Source of the DNA: Planctomycetota bacterium
Lineage (GTDB): Bacteria > Planctomycetota > UBA1135 > UBA2386
Assembly: GCA_965228735.1 (NCBI GenBank)
Contig: OZ245838.1
Span: 5,632,001-5,696,000, forward strand
Direction: 5' to 3'
Length of the DNA stretch: 64,000 nt
The notes under the pieces are model-generated. The model ran no database searches. It was not told the DNA's origin and worked only from the letters and a program-made list of their open reading frames with translations. A program made the translations under genes and the position numbers. Positions 57,984-64,000 of the stretch are shown here, in pieces. How positions within the stretch are numbered: the stretch's first letter is position 1; each line of letters begins with the position of its first letter.

Positions 57984-59477
57984 ATGCTTAAGCTTTCCCT
58001 TGTTCTGTCCGCGACTCTGTGCGCGAGCGTGTCGGCGCAGTCGCCGCTCACCACGACGTTCGCCGACAACAACTCCGGCTCGGCCGGTGGTGCGGTCTAC
58101 TTCGATCTCACGTCGTCGACCGACCTGTCCGTTACCGGCTTCGACCTCAACTGTGCTGACACGGTCGGCGGCAGCGCGGTCGACATCCATGTCTACTGGC
58201 GCGTCGGCTCGTTCCTCGGTTTCGAGAGCAGCCCGGCCGGCTGGAACGATGGTGGCGTCGACACCGGTGGTGTCCTGGCGCAGATCCGCGGCACGCCCAC
58301 TCCGTTCACGCTCACCACGCCGCTCTGCGTTCCGCAGGGCACCACGATCGGTGTCGCGATCCAGATGAACGGTGTCGGCAACGCCTACACCAACGGCACC
58401 AACCCGGGGGCCGGCAACCAGTTCGCCAACGCGGAGCTGACCCTCGACGCGGGCTCGGCCTCGAACGTCCTCTTCACGGGCTCGCCGTTCAACCCGCGCA
58501 TGGTCAACACGAACGTGCACTACACGCTCGGCGCTTGCACCCCGTACGCCGCCCCGACGCTCGTCGGCACGACGGAAGCGATCCCGATGACCAACCCGCT
58601 GACCGCGAGCGGCGGCAGCTTCGGCGACAACCAGTTCGTGCGCTGGAACTTCTCGGATCCGCTCAACGGCAGCCCGGGTCTGTTCTGCGTCGTCGGCCTC
58701 AACTTCGGCCCTCCCGGTGGTCCCGCCATCGCGACGACGCCCGGCATCCCGGGTCTGACCCTGCAGTGGGCCGCGTCCACGCCGGTCGGCACGCTGTTCC
58801 AGCTGCCGCCGAACGTGATCGGCGCCGGTGACTTCCTCCTGCCGATCCCGGCCGGCATCTTCGGCAACGGTGACACGATCAAGATCCAGGGTGCGATCCT
58901 CGACCCGGCCCGCTCCACCAACCCGTTCGGCGTGGTCATCACCCCGAACGACATGCTGTTCAGCTACACGAACTGTGGCTTCGGCGAGAGCTTCGACGGC
59001 GGCACGACGCTGCCCGCTGGCTGGACCGAGACCGGCACGGCCAACTGGACCGTCAACTCGGGTGGCACGACCTCGTCGGCCACCGGCCCGACGGCCGCCA
59101 ACAGCGCGCCGAACTACATCTACGCCGAGACCAGCGGCGCGGGTGGCACGAGCACGTTCATCGTGGACACGCCGTCGCAGCCGTCCTCCGTTGCGGCCAA
59201 CAACATCCTGAGCTTCAGCCTGAGCCGCATCGGCGCGTCGATCGGCACGCTGAACGTCCTCATGGATGACGGCACGGGCAACTTCGTCCAGATCGCCACC
59301 TACACGGGTGCCGATCCGGCGCAGACCCAGGGCGGCACCGAGTGGAGCTTCGAGAACGTGGACATCACGGCCGGCGGCACGATCGTCGTGCCGGCGAACC
59401 TGATCTTCCGCTTCGAGTACACCGCCGGCGGCACGTTCACCGGCGACCTCGCGATCGACGACGTCTGCGTCAACTGA
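57984..59477 (+). CDS. Secreted protein: TTFA.NN.G beta domain, internal CTD-like module and MAM-like domain
   Basis: Signal peptide ...VSA-Q; C-terminal W....G.T.S..TGP...YIYAETS...IGTLNV...FRFE...GDLAIDDV (MAM-like). Confidence 0.85.
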   Translation: MLKLSLVLSATLCASVSAQSPLTTTFADNNSGSAGGAVYFDLTSSTDLSVTGFDLNCADTVGGSAVDIHVYWRVGSFLGFESSPAGWNDGGVDTGGVLAQIRGTPTPFTLTTPLCVPQGTTIGVAIQMNGVGNAYTNGTNPGAGNQFANAELTLDAGSASNVLFTGSPFNPRMVNTNVHYTLGACTPYAAPTLVGTTEAIPMTNPLTASGGSFGDNQFVRWNFSDPLNGSPGLFCVVGLNFGPPGGPAIATTPGIPGLTLQWAASTPVGTLFQLPPNVIGAGDFLLPIPAGIFGNGDTIKIQGAILDPARSTNPFGVVITPNDMLFSYTNCGFGESFDGGTTLPAGWTETGTANWTVNSGGTTSSATGPTAANSAPNYIYAETSGAGGTSTFIVDTPSQPSSVAANNILSFSLSRIGASIGTLNVLMDDGTGNFVQIATYTGADPAQTQGGTEWSFENVDITAGGTIVVPANLIFRFEYTAGGTFTGDLAIDDVCVN

Positions 59478-59534
59478 TCGATCGAGGCTGCCCGCTCGCG
59501 ACCCTCGCCGGTCGCGAACGGGTCGGTTCCGAAC

Positions 59535-59570
59535 GAACGGGCGCGCACCTTCGGGTGGGCGCCCGTTCTT
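59535..59570. terminator. Hairpin terminator with cUUCGg loop
   Basis: gaacgggcgcgcacc-ttcg-ggtgggcgcccgttc between convergent genes. Confidence 0.7.
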
Positions 59571-59607
59571 CGTACCGGGAGGTTCCCCGCGGCCTTCGTC
59601 GGCGCGT

Positions 59608-59997
59608 TCAGCCGGGATACACCGTGCCCGTCTGCACGAAGCACAGCGGATTGCCCCACTCGTCCTCGGCGTAGAACGATCGTTCGCCCCACGGCCGCAC
59701 GGTGATCGCGCCGCCGGGCTCGCCGTGGACCGGCTCCTTCGACAGCCAGCCGAGTGCTTCGGCGCGCGCGAACACCGGCTCGAGGTCGTCGACGGTGAAG
59801 TAGAGCGCCTTCGGCACCGGGTGCGGCTGCTCGACCTCGACGACCTGCAGCGTGACGCTGCCCGCATCGAAGTAGCAGCGGGCGCCGGGCGACTTGCGGC
59901 CGGTCTGGTCGAGCAGCTGGCCGTAGGTTTCGAGGGCGCGGTCGAGATCCCCGACCTGCAGGTCGAGGCGGAACAGAATGGGAGCGTCGTCGGTCAT
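59608..59997 (-). CDS. VOC/glyoxalase family protein
   Basis: L.VGDLDRA...Y..LL, LYFTVDDLE, PWGERSFYAED.WGN.LCF. Confidence 0.9.
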   Translation of the reverse strand: MTDDAPILFRLDLQVGDLDRALETYGQLLDQTGRKSPGARCYFDAGSVTLQVVEVEQPHPVPKALYFTVDDLEPVFARAEALGWLSKEPVHGEPGGAITVRPWGERSFYAEDEWGNPLCFVQTGTVYPG

Positions 59998-60025
59998 CGG
60001 AGCGGTCGTCGTCGGGTTGGGCGGG

Positions 60026-60346
60026 TCAGTACGGACGTTTGAAGAACCACGCGAGCCAGTCGCGGGCGACGGCGAGGCGGCGCTGGTCGAGCTTGTAGAT
60101 GCGAGCGCGACCCTGCTTCTCGATCGCGACGAGGCCGGCGGTCGAGAGCACGCGCAGGTGGCGCGTCGTCGTCGGCCACGCGTGATCGAACATCGCGGCG
60201 ATGTCGCCGGCGGTCATCGAGCCGCCCTCGAAGTTGAGGGTCATCAGGATGTGGCGCCGGGCCGGATGCGCGAGCGCCGTGAAGAGCTCCTGATACAGAT
60301 CGCTGCCGGAGTCGGCAGGTTTCGGGGAGCGCTTCCTGGCGGCCAT
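60026..60346 (-). CDS. ArsR/SmtB-family transcriptional regulator
   Basis: FTALAHPARRHIL, TAGDIA.MF...WPTTTRHLRVL..AGLV...KQGR.RIY.L. Confidence 0.93.
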   Translation of the reverse strand: MAARKRSPKPADSGSDLYQELFTALAHPARRHILMTLNFEGGSMTAGDIAAMFDHAWPTTTRHLRVLSTAGLVAIEKQGRARIYKLDQRRLAVARDWLAWFFKRPY

Positions 60347-60347
60347 G

Positions 60348-60379
60348 GCCTTTAGTTAGCGAATACGCTAACTAAAGGC
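60348..60379. promoter_or_regulatory. Perfect AT-rich palindrome, likely ArsR operator
   Basis: gcctttagttagcg-aata-cgctaactaaaggc, 1 nt upstream of the ArsR ATG. Confidence 0.85.
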
Positions 60380-60426
60380 AAGGCGTTGCCGCCGGTTTCT
60401 CGACCGGGCGGCTGCCCGTCCCGGCG

Positions 60427-61878
60427 CTACGGCAGAACCGTGAGCTGGACGCCCGCGGTGGCGCCGAGGACCAGCTGCGCATCGAAGTAGACCGCCTGCG
60501 CGAAGACGGGCAGGCCGGCCAGGTTGGCGTCGTTCGGCAGCGCGAGCGGCACGGTCATCGTCGGGCCGGGAACGAGCAGCATGCCGAGCAGGGGATCGAC
60601 GAGGACATCGATGCCGGGGATGGTCGGCGGCGCCACGTTCGAGAGGCCGAGCACGGCGCCGGCGAGCGTCGGCGTCGTCGTGGCCGTGATCTCGAGTTCG
60701 AAGCCCGCGTTGCCGACGCGCGGCAGTCCGCTCGGGCTCGGCGCGACCTGCCACTCGAGACCGAGGTCGACGCCGCTGCGTTCACCGTAGACCTCGGGAT
60801 CGGGGTCTAGGTCGAGGCCGCTCGCGACGCCCCAGCCGCCGACGGGATCGCCGACGGCGGGCTGCAGCGCGCCGCTGGGAGCGCCCGGGGTGATGCGGTA
60901 GACGTCGCGCTGCGAGCACGCCGCACCCGCGACGAGGTAGATGTCGCCGGTCGCGGGCTCGATGCGCACGGTCTCCGCGTACAGCAGTCCCGCGGCCGCC
61001 AGCTGCGGGAACGTCGTCGTCGCGGTCGTGCCCGGGTCGAACCGGAGCAGCTGCGCGTCGCCGCCGTTCACCGAGTAGCTGGTCACGAGCAGGTTGCCGT
61101 CGTTGTCGAGCGCGAGGCCCGTGACGAGCTCGCCCGGCATCGCGAACGCGAGCACGGGCGCGCCGCCCGCCGGGTAGTCGATGCGATAGACCGCGCTGCT
61201 GCTCTGCGAGAACACGCCGAGCCAGACGGTGGCGCGCTCCGCGTCGAACGCCATCGCGTTCGCGCCGCCGGCCGGCAGCGGGGACACGGGCACCGTCGTC
61301 AACGCGCCCGCGGTGCCCGGCGGCAGCGCCGGGTCGAGCACGGCGAGCGCGGCGGTCGCGAACGTCTCGCCCGTCTGGAACGTGTTGGGATCGACCGCGA
61401 GCAGCACCTTGCCGTCGGGCAGCGCGGCGGCCTGCGGCAGTCCGGCCGCGCCCCACGCGCCGTTGCCGAGGACGCCGACGTCGTAGCGCGTTTGCGCAAC
61501 GACGTCGAGGCCGTCGAGTTCGAGCACGAACACGGGCATCTCCTGACCGATCGTGCTGTCGCCCCACGCGTTGGTCACGATGCGGTTCGTGTGCGGCAGC
61601 CGGATCGCGAAGTCGGCGCCGTGAATGAACGTGCTCGCGGGCACATCGCCGCGCACTTCGGCCGGGACGTTCGTGAGTGCGATCGCCGGGCCGCCGCGCG
61701 GGTCGAACGCGAACAGGCCGCCGAAACCGGGGATGGGGCAGGGCTGCGTCGTCGTCAGGCGATAGCAGCCCGCGAGCATCCAGCCGTCGGGCAACTGGGC
61801 CCGCAGCGGCGCGAGCATCGCGAGGGCGGTGAGCGGGAGGACGAGCCGGGAGGGCAGACGACGGCGGGCCGGATTCAT
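60427..61878 (-). CDS. Secreted beta-propeller-like protein with a Cys-less copy of the shared C-terminal domain
   Basis: Signal peptide ...LRA-Q; C-terminus YGERS...GLPRVGNAGF...PGIDVLVD...LALPNDANLAGLPVFAQAVYFD. Confidence 0.85.
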   Translation of the reverse strand: MNPARRRLPSRLVLPLTALAMLAPLRAQLPDGWMLAGCYRLTTTQPCPIPGFGGLFAFDPRGGPAIALTNVPAEVRGDVPASTFIHGADFAIRLPHTNRIVTNAWGDSTIGQEMPVFVLELDGLDVVAQTRYDVGVLGNGAWGAAGLPQAAALPDGKVLLAVDPNTFQTGETFATAALAVLDPALPPGTAGALTTVPVSPLPAGGANAMAFDAERATVWLGVFSQSSSAVYRIDYPAGGAPVLAFAMPGELVTGLALDNDGNLLVTSYSVNGGDAQLLRFDPGTTATTTFPQLAAAGLLYAETVRIEPATGDIYLVAGAACSQRDVYRITPGAPSGALQPAVGDPVGGWGVASGLDLDPDPEVYGERSGVDLGLEWQVAPSPSGLPRVGNAGFELEITATTTPTLAGAVLGLSNVAPPTIPGIDVLVDPLLGMLLVPGPTMTVPLALPNDANLAGLPVFAQAVYFDAQLVLGATAGVQLTVLP

Positions 61879-61969
61879 GTAGACCCGATGTCCGCGGAGT
61901 CCCCGTTCGGACGCGGTTTTGCCCGATTGTTTCGTTCGTGCCCGGGCTCTCGCTATCCTGCTCGCCCCG

Positions 61970-62503
61970 ATGACCGAGGCTGCTGACAAGAGGACCAAGA
62001 CGCTCGCGACGTTCCAGGTGAACGGCGAGCCGCTCGAGGTGGCGTTCTCGCCGCACAAGACCCTGCTGGAGGTGCTCCGCGAGGAGATGGAGCTCACCGG
62101 GACGAAGCACGGCTGCGAGCTCGGCGAGTGCGGCGCGTGCACGGTGCGGGTCGACGGGACGCCGATCCTGAGCTGCCTCTACCTCGCCGTCGATGCGATC
62201 GGCAAGGACGTCCGCACGGTCGAGGGCATGGCCGTCGGCAGTGACCTCGCGCCGCTGCAGCACACGTTCGCCGACCTCGGCGCCGCGCAGTGCGGCTATT
62301 GCACGCCCGGCATCCTGATGGCCGCCGAAGCGCTGCTCGAGCAGAACCAGAACCCGACGCGGGACGACATCAAAGAGCACCTCGCGGGCAACCTCTGCCG
62401 GTGCACGGGCTATCTCAAGATCTTCGAAGCGGTCGAACTCGCGGCGGCGCGGATGCGCGGCGAAGATGCCGAGCCGAGCAAGGAGTCGATCTATGGTTCT
62501 TGA
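61970..62503 (+). CDS. Xanthine dehydrogenase family [2Fe-2S] subunit (CoxS/HcrC-like)
   Basis: TGTKHGCELGECGACTV, QCGYCTPG, GNLCRCTGY. Confidence 0.95.
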   Translation: MTEAADKRTKTLATFQVNGEPLEVAFSPHKTLLEVLREEMELTGTKHGCELGECGACTVRVDGTPILSCLYLAVDAIGKDVRTVEGMAVGSDLAPLQHTFADLGAAQCGYCTPGILMAAEALLEQNQNPTRDDIKEHLAGNLCRCTGYLKIFEAVELAAARMRGEDAEPSKESIYGS

Positions 62504-64000
62504 TGATCCGAGCAGCCGCGACGTGCGCGTCGACGCGAAGGACAGGAGCCACCCGGACGCGAGCCCCGACGCGCCGTGGCAGCACGACAAGAAGGACTTC
62601 ACGGCGATCGGCAAGCCGATCCGCAAGGTCGACGCGCGCAGCAAGGTCAGCGGGCTCACGCAGTTCGCCGACGACCTGAAGTTGCCGCGCATGCTGCACC
62701 TGAAGCTGCTGCGCGCGACGGTGCCGCACGCTGAGATCGTGTCGATCGACACGAGCAAGGCGGCGGAGCTGCCGGGCGTGAAGGGCATCCTCACGGGCAA
62801 GGACATGCCGACGCCGTTCGGCATCCTGCCGGTGAGCCAGGACGAGCACGCGCTGTGCCCCGACAAGGTCCGGTTCGTCGGTGACCCCGTCGTCGCGATC
62901 GCCGCGACGGAGGAGGAGACGGCGTGGGACGCGTGTCGCCTCGTCGACGTGCAGTATCGGCAGCTCGAGACCATCGGCGGCATCGAGGAAGCGGCCGAGA
63001 ACGACGAGCCGCGGCTGCACGACTACGGCGTGCGCGGCAACATCCACCGGCTCGAGAACCTCGAGTTCGGCGACCTCGACGACGGCTTCGCCCGCGCCGA
63101 GCACGTCCGCGAGGACACGTTCTTCTTCGAGGGCAACACGCACCTGCCGATGGAGCAGCACGCGACCCTCGCGCACTTCGACAAGGACGGCAAGCTCACG
63201 ATCTGGTCGAGCACGCAGACGCCGCACTACCTGCACAAGGCGCTCGCGCGCGTGCTGCACCCGCTGCCGGCACATCGCATCCGCGTGATCGCGTGCCCCA
63301 ACGGCGGCGGCTTCGGCGGCAAGAGCGATCCGTTCAACCACGAGATCTGCGCTGCCAAGATGTCGATGCTGACGGGGCGGCCCGTCAAGATCGCGCTGAC
63401 CCGCGAAGAGGTCTTCTACTGCCACCGCGGTCGGCACCCGGTGCTCATGCAGAGCAAGATCGGGGTCGGCAAGTCGGGGCGCATCACCGCGCTCGACTTC
63501 AAGAGCTTCCTCGACGGCGGCGCCTACGGCAGCTACGGCACGGCGAGCACGTTCTACACGGGTGCTTTGCAGACCGTGACCTACGCGGTCGAGAACTACC
63601 ACTTCCGCGGCGCGCGCTTCTTCACGTGCAAGGCGCCGTGCGGGCCCAAGCGCGGGCACGGCACGCCGCAGCCGCGCTTCGCACTCGAGGTGCAGCTCGA
63701 CAAGATCGCGTGCGACCTCGGTCTCGATCCGGCGAAGATCCGGCTCGACAACCTCGCGCCCAGGGATTCGCTGACCGCCAACTTCCTGCGCATCGGCTCG
63801 ATGGGGCTCGGCGCGTGCATCGAGAAGGTCGTCGAGGGGTCGGGCTGGAACGAGCGGCGCGGCAAGAAGGAGCGCACGAAGGACGGCTGGATCAAGGGCC
63901 TCGGCCTCGCGTGCAGCAGCTACCTCTCCGGCGCCGGCCTGCCGATCTACTGGAACGGCATGCCGCACTCCGGCGTGCAGCTGCAGCTCGACCGCAGCGG
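62493..64000 (+). CDS. Xanthine dehydrogenase family molybdopterin subunit, HcrA-like (runs off window end)
   Basis: ATG 62493 overlaps the previous gene; IGKPIRKVDA..KVSG...FADDL, VRFVGDPV, STQTPH, GGGFGGK, RGRHP, KRGHGTPQ, HSGVQLQLDRSG. Confidence 0.9.
   Translation, partial: MVLDDPSSRDVRVDAKDRSHPDASPDAPWQHDKKDFTAIGKPIRKVDARSKVSGLTQFADDLKLPRMLHLKLLRATVPHAEIVSIDTSKAAELPGVKGILTGKDMPTPFGILPVSQDEHALCPDKVRFVGDPVVAIAATEEETAWDACRLVDVQYRQLETIGGIEEAAENDEPRLHDYGVRGNIHRLENLEFGDLDDGFARAEHVREDTFFFEGNTHLPMEQHATLAHFDKDGKLTIWSSTQTPHYLHKALARVLHPLPAHRIRVIACPNGGGFGGKSDPFNHEICAAKMSMLTGRPVKIALTREEVFYCHRGRHPVLMQSKIGVGKSGRITALDFKSFLDGGAYGSYGTASTFYTGALQTVTYAVENYHFRGARFFTCKAPCGPKRGHGTPQPRFALEVQLDKIACDLGLDPAKIRLDNLAPRDSLTANFLRIGSMGLGACIEKVVEGSGWNERRGKKERTKDGWIKGLGLACSSYLSGAGLPIYWNGMPHSGVQLQLDRS

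Overview
High-GC (roughly 70% by eye) bacterial chromosomal window, most likely Planctomycetota. This is inferred from a TIGR02999-type ECF, membrane-anchored ECF fusions and the style of the secreted proteins. I saw no rRNA, tRNA, CRISPR array or transposase. Exported proteins dominate. Main discovery: about ten unrelated secreted proteins (kelch-like propellers, LamG, two S8 proteases, a 39-aa-repeat protein and others) end in the same ~120-140 aa domain, consensus (F/Y)GxxC...P.(L/V)G...G.PGC.L.V...L.IP....L.G..F..Q..V.D...N..G...(S/T)N......G. One gene encodes only a signal peptide plus this domain, and the predicted lipoproteins lack it. This pattern suggests an uncharacterised C-terminal sorting or surface-display signal, analogous to but not recognisably T9SS or PEP-CTERM. 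The predicted signal-peptide cleavage sites expose Gln at +1. Other highlights: a four-copy candidate ECF promoter TG(G/T)CCGG-N15-GCGCC linking an ECF, an mddA-like gene and two of the secreted proteins; an H-NOX / duplicated-input-domain / histidine kinase operon; a 31-bp perfect inverted repeat beside a 5'-truncated hydrolase; a MenA1-MenT1-like TA pair and a YefM/RelE-ParE pair with TGTACA operators; head-to-head subtilases with Glu replacing the catalytic Asp; two ECF-TM-periplasmic fusions; mgtE, ppiC, recQ, ArsR-VOC; and the start of a xanthine-dehydrogenase-family (HcrA-like) operon. All calls come from motif reading by eye; no searches were run.
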